A stretch of 64,000 nt of DNA from NCBI GenBank assembly GCA_018383815.1, contig JAHAWU010000002.1, positions 2,650 through 66,649 of the forward strand. The letters are read 5' to 3'. A model generated the notes under the pieces. The model was not told the origin of the DNA, did not search any database, and saw nothing but the letters and a program-made list of their open reading frames with translations. Position numbers and translations under genes: made by a program. Shown here piece by piece: positions 37,519 through 46,206 of this stretch; position 1 is the stretch's first letter, and every line of letters starts with the position of its first letter. This stretch comes from Candidatus Jordarchaeia archaeon (lineage in GTDB: Archaea > Asgardarchaeota > Jordiarchaeia > Jordiarchaeales > Jordiarchaeaceae).

Positions 37519-38181
37519 TTATTTGATTTCTTTGAGAATCGCTTCTATGTTTTGGCTGTAGGTTCCTTGGGGTACGAATTTTTTGTCAAATATGGCTCCT
37601 CCTATGGTGAAGGCCCATATGTTTAGTTCTTTCATTTTGCGTACTCTTTCGTAACTGTTTATGCTTCCGGCCACAATTAGGGGTATTTTGACCGCTTTTT
37701 GAACCGATACCATAAGTTTTTCCGCGTCTCCATCGTATCTGTAGGCCAGCAGGTTGATTCCTGGTAGTCCCATTTTTTCCACTTTTTTGGCGTCATCCAC
37801 TATTTCGTTTATGGTTCCTCTCAGGAGGCAGGGGTGATCTACTATTTTGCCGATGTAGGGGAAGAATTTTATTTGGGTTTTGTTTACGAGGGGGATTGTA
37901 TCTTGGATGTAGGTTCCCCCAATGAGGTAGTCTACTCCTAATTTAACTGCTATTTTTGCGGATTGAATGGCGGCTTCCCTAGATTCGCTTACCACCTCTA
38001 GGAAGATGGTTCTTTTGTCCTGCCTCATCATTTCTACCAGTTTTTTGAGCTGTTCAAAGGGTAAGCCTATGTCTTTGAATCCAACGAATTTGACTCCCGT
38101 GTCTCGAATTTCCTCATAGACATCGATTGCATTTTTAACCGTCACATCATTGTAGGTTAGCATAAAAATGAATTCGGTCAA
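37519..38181 (-). CDS. TIM-barrel protein (phosphate-binding barrel, NanE/ThiE-like topology), function unknown
   Basis: The alternating beta/alpha pattern ends in 'IPLIVAGSINSYERV...AFTIGGAIF', a typical terminal phosphate-binding motif. The start is uncertain (TTG 38181 or ATG 38163). Confidence 0.4.
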   Translation of the reverse strand: MTEFIFMLTYNDVTVKNAIDVYEEIRDTGVKFVGFKDIGLPFEQLKKLVEMMRQDKRTIFLEVVSESREAAIQSAKIAVKLGVDYLIGGTYIQDTIPLVNKTQIKFFPYIGKIVDHPCLLRGTINEIVDDAKKVEKMGLPGINLLAYRYDGDAEKLMVSVQKAVKIPLIVAGSINSYERVRKMKELNIWAFTIGGAIFDKKFVPQGTYSQNIEAILKEIK

Positions 38182-38201
38182 ATTCCACCTTCTCCTTGAT
38201 A

Positions 38202-38918
38202 TTACTTTTCCCACTCTGTTATGGCGAAAACTCGGGCAGGGGAACCTCCAATTCCCTTTATGGGTAATGGAAGCGCAACTATGAATACCCTGTCTTTGCC
38301 CAGCTTGTCCAAGTTGGTTAACATTTCCACCAGGGGGATACCTGCCTGAAGTAGGTTCATGTGAGCCATGAATGAGTAAATTATTGTGTCATCGTTGGTT
38401 CCCACAAGTTTCACTCCCTTCTCTATTAGGTACCCTGCAGCATCTCCAGATATCACAGGTATGTCGGGAATGTTCATATTGGTATAGAAGAAGACTATAT
38501 CGCCCCTTCTAATCTCCACGTTGTTTTCCTTCTCATACTGTTTGATGTGTTCCCTAGTTACCATGGGGCCAGACACACTGAAACGCTCATACCTTTCAAA
38601 TTTCTTTGCCAGGTCAGGCTCCTGGCCCACAAAGGACATATCAATGGCGAGCCCCTCACCCACAAAAGTATCAATGGGAACATCCCCTATGGTCACGTTA
38701 CTCTTAACTAGGTATCCATGGTAGGGAGCTTCAATATGCGTTCCAGCATGGCTCCATAGACGTATCCACTCACACAAGCAACGGTCGTGCACAAAAATGT
38801 AAGGCTCAATCCTTATTTCCTCCTCAGGAATAGTTGCACCCCACTGCTCATCCTTAGCCCACTTAGGATCAGTAGGATTCAACAACCTGCTCAACTCAAC
38901 AACTCTCTTAGGCTTCAT
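38202..38918 (-). CDS. Putative cyclase family protein (kynurenine formamidase-like fold)
   Basis: 'HAGTHIEAPYH' matches the HxGTHxDAPxH cyclase-family motif. The start is placed at the internal ATG (MKPKRVVEL). Confidence 0.8.
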   Translation of the reverse strand: MKPKRVVELSRLLNPTDPKWAKDEQWGATIPEEEIRIEPYIFVHDRCLCEWIRLWSHAGTHIEAPYHGYLVKSNVTIGDVPIDTFVGEGLAIDMSFVGQEPDLAKKFERYERFSVSGPMVTREHIKQYEKENNVEIRRGDIVFFYTNMNIPDIPVISGDAAGYLIEKGVKLVGTNDDTIIYSFMAHMNLLQAGIPLVEMLTNLDKLGKDRVFIVALPLPIKGIGGSPARVFAITEWEK

Positions 38919-39086
38919 AATAATATTCACCCACCTCAAATTTCTACCAAAATTTTTGAGTATTATTACTTTACAGATTTGATTTTTTAAATGCTCATTA
39001 AATATTAGCCTTCGCATTTAAAACGGTTTTGTCGAAATAGTCCAAAATAAAGAGTAGATACGAGAAAAATTTGTTTCCGATAGGCT

Positions 39087-39875
39087 TTAGCACGTGGTGA
39101 TAATTCCTCCAGTTACATTAATTGCCTGGCCGGTCATAAAGTCAGAATCCTCCGATGCTAGGAACACTGCAACCTTGGCCACATCTTCTGGCTGCCCTAT
39201 TCTTCCCAAAGGTGTGAAGAAGATGTACTCTTGAAGTATACTTTCGGGAGTACTCCCATCGCCCCTGAGCTCAGCGGTCCACTTCAGTTCACGTTCCTGC
39301 ATACTTGTGGAAATCAATCCCGGACAAATGGCGTTTACATTTATCTTGTAGGGAGCCAACTCTAAAGCTATGCTTTTCACATAGGCTATTACACCTGCTT
39401 TACTTGCATTGTAGTGGGCATACATGGGCGCTCCAGTTTTACCCGCCATAGAGGCGGTACAGACTATTTTGCCACCTCCACCCTGTTCAATCATCCTTTT
39501 TGCCACCGCTTGTGTGCAGAGGAACATACCCTTCAGATTGACATCCATGTTCAAGTCCCATTTCTCCTCAGGCATATCTAAAACGAATTCCATGGAGGAT
39601 ACTCCGGCATTGCTCATTAGTATGTCTATCCTGCCGAATTCCTGCACAGTTTCCCTAACCATTTGTTCCACTTGGGATTTTTTTGTTACATCAACTTTGA
39701 CCGCAAGAGACTTTCTTCCAAGCAACTGAATTTCTTTAGCAGTTTGCTTTGCTTCTTCCAAGTTCAGGTCGGCTACAACGACGTGTGCTCCTTCCCTGGC
39801 AAATCTTAGTGCTATGGCTTTACCTATTCCCCTTCCTGCACCTGTGACTATTGCTATTTTTTCTTTTAGCCTAAT
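39087..39875 (-). CDS. Short-chain dehydrogenase/reductase (SDR), apparently starting at a non-canonical ATT
   Basis: The cofactor motif 'IAIVTGAGRGIGKAIA' is encoded upstream of the first canonical start (TTG 39761). ATT 39873-39875 lies 7 nt downstream of GGAGGTG. Also present are 'NAGV' and the catalytic 'YNASKAG'. Confidence 0.75.
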   Translation of the reverse strand: MRLKEKIAIVTGAGRGIGKAIALRFAREGAHVVVADLNLEEAKQTAKEIQLLGRKSLAVKVDVTKKSQVEQMVRETVQEFGRIDILMSNAGVSSMEFVLDMPEEKWDLNMDVNLKGMFLCTQAVAKRMIEQGGGGKIVCTASMAGKTGAPMYAHYNASKAGVIAYVKSIALELAPYKINVNAICPGLISTSMQERELKWTAELRGDGSTPESILQEYIFFTPLGRIGQPEDVAKVAVFLASEDSDFMTGQAINVTGGIITTC

Positions 39876-39896
39876 TTTTACCCACCTCCAATTTGC

Positions 39897-40697
39897 TCAT
39901 AGAGCTTTCTTTGTGACTATGGTCATGTTACGGCTGAATGTTACCTCATCATCCCACAAACGATAGGTTTCACTGCTAAAATAGTCCCCCCTCTCTGAGG
40001 CAAGGAAAACCGCCATTTTGGCTATCGCCTCTGGCTCCCCCTCTATTTGGTGTAGGGGTGAGAAAAGTACAATGGTGTCCTCATCTACTGGCGGACCCGC
40101 TTTTAGTTGGGCTCCCAGTTTTAGCTCAGTATTTTCGATGAAACCAGGACATATTATGTTCACCTTTATGTTTTTGCCAGCCAATTCTAAGCCCAGACTG
40201 CGCGTAAATCCTATCACTGCACCCATCGAAGCCGCATAATGTGATAGTTGTTCCTGCCCCGATACTCCCGCAGTGGAGGAAACTATTATTATCTTGCCCC
40301 TATTGTTCTTAACCATCTCCCTGGCCACGGCTTTGCAGAGAAAGAATACACCCTTGGCATTATAGTCTACCACGGTGTCCCACTGCTCCTCTGATAAGTC
40401 CACCATTTTGACCAGTGAGGCAGCTCTGGTCACATTGACCAATATGTCAATTGTTCCGAAACCCTCCAATGCTTTTTTAACCATATCCTTTATCTCAGCT
40501 TCGCTGCGGATATCGATTTTTAGACCTAGGGCTTTTCCACCCCTAGATTTTATTTCTGAGGCCGTCTTTTCGGCGAATTCCAAATAGAAATCTCCAACTA
40601 CAACCTTTGCTCCTTCACTTGCAAACTCTAGGGCGACCCTTCTTCCTATACCCGAGCCGCCTCCAACTATAACTGCAGTTTTATCAGCCAAACTCAT
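39897..40697 (-). CDS. Short-chain dehydrogenase/reductase (SDR)
   Basis: 'TAVIVGGGSGIGRRVALEF' and the catalytic 'YAASMGAV'. The start is placed at the internal ATG (MSLADK), preceded by GGAG. Confidence 0.85.
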   Translation of the reverse strand: MSLADKTAVIVGGGSGIGRRVALEFASEGAKVVVGDFYLEFAEKTASEIKSRGGKALGLKIDIRSEAEIKDMVKKALEGFGTIDILVNVTRAASLVKMVDLSEEQWDTVVDYNAKGVFFLCKAVAREMVKNNRGKIIIVSSTAGVSGQEQLSHYAASMGAVIGFTRSLGLELAGKNIKVNIICPGFIENTELKLGAQLKAGPPVDEDTIVLFSPLHQIEGEPEAIAKMAVFLASERGDYFSSETYRLWDDEVTFSRNMTIVTKKAL

Positions 40698-40716
40698 TTT
40701 GCTCCAACTCCACACG

Positions 40717-42234
40717 CTAGTCAACCTCAAAGAGGCTACATAGATCTTCATATAGTTTAATGTACTTTTGGTAGGCTTTACCGTATACATCAAAGTTTTT
40801 GGAGTTAGGCTCGTACTTTCTTTTTATGCCCACCATTTTGCTAGCTGCCTCTCTAACGTCCTTATAGATTCCCACTGCCTTCCCGGCTAGTATGGCTGCT
40901 CCTAGGCTGGCGGCTTCCTCTATTTTGGTTTGGTAAACAGTTTTCCGAGTTATGTCCGCCTTAATCTGGTTCCACACCGGGCTTCTGGCCCCTCCACCTA
41001 GTACTCTTATTTCTTTTACTGGGATTTTCATGTCTTCTAGAACATCTATGTTTCTTCTCACAATGAAGGCTATGGCTTCCATTATGGCCCGGGCAAAGTG
41101 GGCCTTGGTGTGTTTCAGAGTGAAGCCAAAGAACACACCTTTCGCCTTGGGGTTAGCCTCTGGTGCCATGGCTCCCTGCAGGTGTGGAAGCATAACTAGG
41201 CCGTCGCTTCCAGGAGGTACTTTCTCCACCTCATCACCTATTACATTGTAGGGGTCAGTCTCCAAGAGTTCGGCTACACTCATCTCTTCTTTTGCAAAGT
41301 TATCTCTGTACCATCTGAGAACCATACCCCCCGTGGTAAAGGTGTGGGCCATATAAGTATCAGGTATTCCATAGTAGTGGATGGGCATTCTACCCTGCTT
41401 GTCAAAAACTGGTTTTTCCAGAACCGCACAGATGGCCAGAGCTGCTCCCGTGTTTTCAGAAAACATTCCCGGCTCCACATTTCCCACCCCTATAGCACCG
41501 CACACCTGGTCTAATGCTCCTGTAGTTACCATGGTTTTGGGGGAGAGGCCCAGTTCCTCAGCCACTTCTGGCTTGAGTTCTGCCACCGGTTCCCCGGACT
41601 CCCTTATGGAGGGCAGTTCATCCTGTGTTATTCCCAGGAAGTCCAGCATTTCGTCCCAGTACTTTTTAGTGATAATGTTCCAGTAGAGTGTGGAGCAAAG
41701 CAGTGAACCTTCAGCTACCAGTTCGCCGGTCATGCGGTATATTAGGTAGTCTTCTATGAGAAGAAACTTGTCTACCTTGTCAAATATGTTCTTCTCGTTT
41801 CTTTTCAGCCAGAAGATTTTTGACGCTGGCCAGGTGGGAACTATTTTCACCTGTCCCGAAATCTTAAATGAGTACTGGTTGGGGTCGAACTTTTGTGATA
41901 GGATGTCCGCCTCTTCCTGTGCGCGGTTATCCAGCCAGATTATGGCGTTTCTCAGGGGCTTTCCTTCTTTATCTATGAAGAATAGTGTTTCTCCCTGGGC
42001 GGATATTCCCAGAGCCTTTATGTTTTCGGGGTTGACCTTCGTTTGTTCCAGAACCTCTCTAACGCCATCCTTGAATGCTTTCCAGAAAGTTTCTGCGGGA
42101 AGCTCAACCGCGAGGGGGGTGGGGGTGAGCAGTTTATACTCTTGAGTGGATATTCCTTGAAGCTCGCCCTGGGTGTTAAAAAGGGCTATTTTTGAGGCTG
42201 TGGTTCCTGCATCCAGAGTGAGAATATAATCCAA
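40717..42234 (-). CDS. FGGY-family carbohydrate kinase (xylulokinase / glycerol kinase-like)
   Basis: 'ILTLDAGTTASKIALF' phosphate-1 motif, 'GISAQGETL', and C-terminal 'GGGARSPVWNQIKADI'. TTG start 9 nt after an AAGGAGG SD. Confidence 0.85.
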   Translation of the reverse strand: MDYILTLDAGTTASKIALFNTQGELQGISTQEYKLLTPTPLAVELPAETFWKAFKDGVREVLEQTKVNPENIKALGISAQGETLFFIDKEGKPLRNAIIWLDNRAQEEADILSQKFDPNQYSFKISGQVKIVPTWPASKIFWLKRNEKNIFDKVDKFLLIEDYLIYRMTGELVAEGSLLCSTLYWNIITKKYWDEMLDFLGITQDELPSIRESGEPVAELKPEVAEELGLSPKTMVTTGALDQVCGAIGVGNVEPGMFSENTGAALAICAVLEKPVFDKQGRMPIHYYGIPDTYMAHTFTTGGMVLRWYRDNFAKEEMSVAELLETDPYNVIGDEVEKVPPGSDGLVMLPHLQGAMAPEANPKAKGVFFGFTLKHTKAHFARAIMEAIAFIVRRNIDVLEDMKIPVKEIRVLGGGARSPVWNQIKADITRKTVYQTKIEEAASLGAAILAGKAVGIYKDVREAASKMVGIKRKYEPNSKNFDVYGKAYQKYIKLYEDLCSLFEVD

Positions 42235-42257
42235 GAGTTGAGGCCTCCTTTTAGCTT

Positions 42258-42590
42258 TTAGTCGTCTGGGGGTGCTAGAGCCCAGCATACCAAGGCGGGT
42301 TCCTCATAGTTGTTTATTAGTTTGTGTGGTTCACCAACGGGTATGATTACACTGTCTCCCTCTTTCAGCTCCCTTTTCTCCTTGGAGAATTCACACAAAA
42401 CTTTTCCCTTGGCCACATAGAAGACCTCTTCACCGTACTTGTGGCCGGGATCCACGGCACCCTCTTTTCCAGGCTCAAGGTAGGAGGTGCCGAAAACTAG
42501 TTTATCCGACTTTAAGTAAAGGTGACACAACTCTTCACCTTCCCAAAACTCTTTAGAATCCTTCAAAGTCACAACTTTAATCCTGCTCAT
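42258..42590 (-). CDS. Cupin domain protein
   Basis: About 110 aa. 'GHKYGEEVFYVAKGK' and 'GDSVIIPVGEPHKLIN' form the two-motif cupin pattern. Confidence 0.7.
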   Translation of the reverse strand: MSRIKVVTLKDSKEFWEGEELCHLYLKSDKLVFGTSYLEPGKEGAVDPGHKYGEEVFYVAKGKVLCEFSKEKRELKEGDSVIIPVGEPHKLINNYEEPALVCWALAPPDD

Positions 42591-42937
42591 TCTACAACCC
42601 TCAACCATTTTAACTTAAATACAATTTTATTTTTACCTTCAATTATTAAAATGTGTCCCCAATAGTGTTTAACTTTAATTTCGTTTCTTCATTTCACTTT
42701 ATCTATTTCTATGAATTTTTGCAACTTTACACTATTAATTTGGAAAATTTTCAGAATACCAAGGGTATTAGAGAAAGTAAAATATTATGCGACAAGCATC
42801 AAGAAAGTATAATATTTGAAATGAACTTTATTAAGCAATCAAATTTAAATCTAGAAAACTATTTTCTTACAGAGCCTACCAGAAAACTGGAGCATATGCT
42901 CTTCACCTTTACGGAAAAATTTTGGAGCGGCCATACT

Positions 42938-44227
42938 ATGGTAAGTCTTTCAAAAATGCCGTCGGAAATAAAGGAATTCATAGAATATTTCTGTGATGAG
43001 GTTGGTCCCCGCCCTCCCTGTAGCGAACAGGAAGCCAAGGCGGCTAGGCTGATGAAGAAGAAATTTGATGAGTACTGTGATAAAACTTCTTTGGAGAATT
43101 TCACCTGCCGCCCCGCTGCTTATAGATGGGTTTTCAGGTTGCCCATCATTCTCTACATATTATCAGTGGCTTTATATGTGGTTTCGACATATTTCAGTCT
43201 GCAAGCGTCCGCCACACCTCTAGGCTTTGCGCTGCCTCCATCGATTTGGGGTGCAGACTTGAGGTTTTACCACTTGTTATTTCTCCTAGCTGCAATCGCT
43301 GTTTCCACGTTTTCCATAGTGATAATTGTGGGGAGCTTAATGTACACCAAGGAGACTGTGGACTTACTTTTCCCCAAGAGAACCTCAACAAACGTCATTG
43401 GAAAAATAAAGCCCCAGGAAAAAGCTAAGAAGTTGGTTTTGATAAGTGGACACCACGATTCCAATTGGGAGTTCCCCCTCATAAAAAAATTTGGAAGTAA
43501 ATATGTTAACATGCAGGCTATACCGGTCATTCTAAATTATGTCCTCCTTCCCATTCTGCTACTCAAAATGGCGACACATTTTTTGGGCGCAACTCCTAGT
43601 TTCCACACAGAAACTACCATACTAGCGGTATTGGTGGCCCCAATTCCGATTATGCTTTACATTTATCCCAATCTTGTCTCGAAAACTCCAGTTATGGGTG
43701 CCAATGATAATCTGACCGGGATGGCTGTTTGCTACGAGGTGGCAAAATACATTTCAAACCCAGAGCTGCGACCAAAAGAAACCGAGGTCTGGCTGGTTTC
43801 CTTCGGATGCGAAGAAATAGGGGATAGAGGAAGCAAACAATTCGTAAAAAGCCACTACGAAGAATTAAAAGAAGCTTACCATGTGAACATAGACATGGTT
43901 GGCGAAAAGGAATCCACACTGTGCATCGTAGAAAAGGAAGTGAGAACCCTAGTCAAACTCTCACCAGAGGTCACCCAAAAACTGAATAGCATATTTGAGA
44001 TGCTGAGAATAAAAGCAAAAAATGTCTCCATAGACGCCTACACAGACGCCATGTCCTTCGCAAAAAAGGGACTAAAATCGGCATCAATAGTCGCCCTAGG
44101 CCCCTCAAAATTTCCCAAATACTACCACACAACCAACGACACCCCAGAAAACCTAGACTACAACCAAGTAGCAAACGTAGTAAAGGTCTGCCTAGAATTC
44201 ATAAAGCAAATAGACCAAAAGGCATAA
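42938..44227 (+). CDS. Membrane-associated M28-family metallopeptidase
   Basis: 'ISGHHDS', 'GANDNLTGMAV' and 'VSFGCEEIGDRGS' are M28 zinc-ligand motifs, with several TM helices in the N-terminal half. The start is uncertain (ATG 42938 chosen; upstream ATGs exist). Confidence 0.65.
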   Translation: MVSLSKMPSEIKEFIEYFCDEVGPRPPCSEQEAKAARLMKKKFDEYCDKTSLENFTCRPAAYRWVFRLPIILYILSVALYVVSTYFSLQASATPLGFALPPSIWGADLRFYHLLFLLAAIAVSTFSIVIIVGSLMYTKETVDLLFPKRTSTNVIGKIKPQEKAKKLVLISGHHDSNWEFPLIKKFGSKYVNMQAIPVILNYVLLPILLLKMATHFLGATPSFHTETTILAVLVAPIPIMLYIYPNLVSKTPVMGANDNLTGMAVCYEVAKYISNPELRPKETEVWLVSFGCEEIGDRGSKQFVKSHYEELKEAYHVNIDMVGEKESTLCIVEKEVRTLVKLSPEVTQKLNSIFEMLRIKAKNVSIDAYTDAMSFAKKGLKSASIVALGPSKFPKYYHTTNDTPENLDYNQVANVVKVCLEFIKQIDQKA

Positions 44228-44386
44228 ACCCACCATTCGGACTTGTTTGAGAAATAGTGGCTGCCACCCCAAGGCCATAATAGAACGTGGGTGACATCAA
44301 CATTTTTATCTCTCCAATCATCCTTTTAAAATTGACCAGACTGCCATACTTATTGGAAATAGTGGTCAAATTGCCAAAAACTTCCA

Positions 44387-46144
44387 ATGGGCCAAGTTTC
44401 CGAAGTTGATGGATTAGGGGTGAAAAAGTTGAAGTTTTCCGTTCTCGCCAAGTGTTTTGAGTTTTTAGAAGGTACTTCCAGCCGGCTTGAAATGACTGAC
44501 ATTCTGGCAAACCTTTTCAAAGACTGCACAACTGAAGAAATTGACAAGGTTGTCTACATGCTTCAGGGAACAGTGGCTCCACCCTTCAGGGGAATAGAGA
44601 TTGGTATGGGGGAAAAGTTTGTTCAGCAAGCAGTATCTAACGCCTCCGGCGTCCCGAAGGAGGAGGTGGTTAAGCAGTACAAAACTCTTGGCGATCTGGG
44701 CGATGTGGCTTCAAACATTCTTCCCAAAAAGGAGGGGGTTCTAACTGTTTCCCAGGTTTATGACGCCTTCATGAAAATTGCCACGGCCTCGGGGAAAGGC
44801 ACACAGGAAGTGAGAATCAATGCCCTAACAGAACTCTTAAAGAATTCTTCACCCGAGGAGGCAAAGTATCTGGTTAGGATACCTTTGGGAAAACTCAGGC
44901 TGGGTGTGGGGGACGCCACCATAATTGACGCCCTATCAGTTAGAACAGTGGGAGACAAGTCCATGAGAGAGGAAATTGAGAGGGCCTACAATCTCTGCTG
45001 CGACATGGGCCTAGTGGCAAAAACACTCTACACCGATAGAGAAGCCATAACCAATTTTCAAATCAAGGTTGGCAACCCCATAAAGCCAGCGCTGGCAGAG
45101 AGACTCTCAAGTGCAGAGGAAATCATTGAAAAAATCGGCGAATGCTACGTGGAAGCCAAGTATGACGGTTTCAGAATACAGCTCCACAAAGAGGGAGACA
45201 AAATAGAATTGTTCTCCAGAAGAATTGAGAGAATGACCCATATGTTCCCAGAAATAGTCCAAGCAGCCAAGGAGCAAATAAAGGGAGACGCCATCATTGA
45301 AGGAGAAACCATAAGCTACGATGAATCTACAGGAGAATTCCTACCATTCCAATTCACCATCCGCAGAAAAAGAAAACACGGAGTAGAAGAAATGGCCGAA
45401 CAGTACCCCGCAATATACTTCGCCTTCGACATACTCTACAACGGAAAAGACCTCACCCAAAAACCCTACCTAGAAAGAAGAAACATCCTTGAACAAACCA
45501 TAACCGAAGGAGAAATCATAAAAATCTCAGAAAAAATCAGAACAGGAGACCCCCAAGAACTAATGAGATTCTTCAACGAAAACATTGGAAGAGGACTAGA
45601 AGGCATAGTGGCAAAAGACCTAAACGCACCCTACATTGCGGGAGCCAGAAAATTCGCCTGGATAAAACTCAAAAGATCCTACAAAGGCGAACTAGCAGAC
45701 ACAGTAGACGTAACCATAGTAGGATACCTGGCAGGCAGAGGCTCAAGAGCAAAAATGGTGGGAGCCCTACTAGGAGCAGTCTACGACGAAGAAACAGAAA
45801 CCTTCAAAACCGTAGCCAAAATAGGCAGCGGAATGACCGAAGAACAAATGATAAACCTAAAGAAAATGCTCGACCAAATAAAAGTCGAAAAAAAGCCCAA
45901 AAACGTAGACTCCCTCATAACCCCAGACGTCTGGACACAACCCCAATACGTAATCACAGTATCCGCAGACGAAATAACCCTCTCACCATCACACACCTGC
46001 GGAAGAACCAAAGACCTAGGATACGCACTCCGATTCCCCAGAATGATAAGCTGGATAAGACAAGACAAAAAACCAGAAGACTCCACCACAGTAAAAGAAA
46101 TAATCCAAATGTACAACATACAAAAACACGCAAAAACAGAATAA
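44387..46144 (+). CDS. lig: ATP-dependent DNA ligase
   Basis: Adenylation motif I 'EAKYDGFRIQLH' (KxDG), 'EGETISYD', 'LEGIVAK' and 'WIKLKRSY'; archaeal size (about 585 aa). Confidence 0.9.
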   Translation: MGQVSEVDGLGVKKLKFSVLAKCFEFLEGTSSRLEMTDILANLFKDCTTEEIDKVVYMLQGTVAPPFRGIEIGMGEKFVQQAVSNASGVPKEEVVKQYKTLGDLGDVASNILPKKEGVLTVSQVYDAFMKIATASGKGTQEVRINALTELLKNSSPEEAKYLVRIPLGKLRLGVGDATIIDALSVRTVGDKSMREEIERAYNLCCDMGLVAKTLYTDREAITNFQIKVGNPIKPALAERLSSAEEIIEKIGECYVEAKYDGFRIQLHKEGDKIELFSRRIERMTHMFPEIVQAAKEQIKGDAIIEGETISYDESTGEFLPFQFTIRRKRKHGVEEMAEQYPAIYFAFDILYNGKDLTQKPYLERRNILEQTITEGEIIKISEKIRTGDPQELMRFFNENIGRGLEGIVAKDLNAPYIAGARKFAWIKLKRSYKGELADTVDVTIVGYLAGRGSRAKMVGALLGAVYDEETETFKTVAKIGSGMTEEQMINLKKMLDQIKVEKKPKNVDSLITPDVWTQPQYVITVSADEITLSPSHTCGRTKDLGYALRFPRMISWIRQDKKPEDSTTVKEIIQMYNIQKHAKTE

Positions 46145-46206
46145 AAAAAGCGGAAGAAGAAACAAACCCTTCTTCCTTTTTGAAACCAGCACGCATTCAA
46201 GAACTA

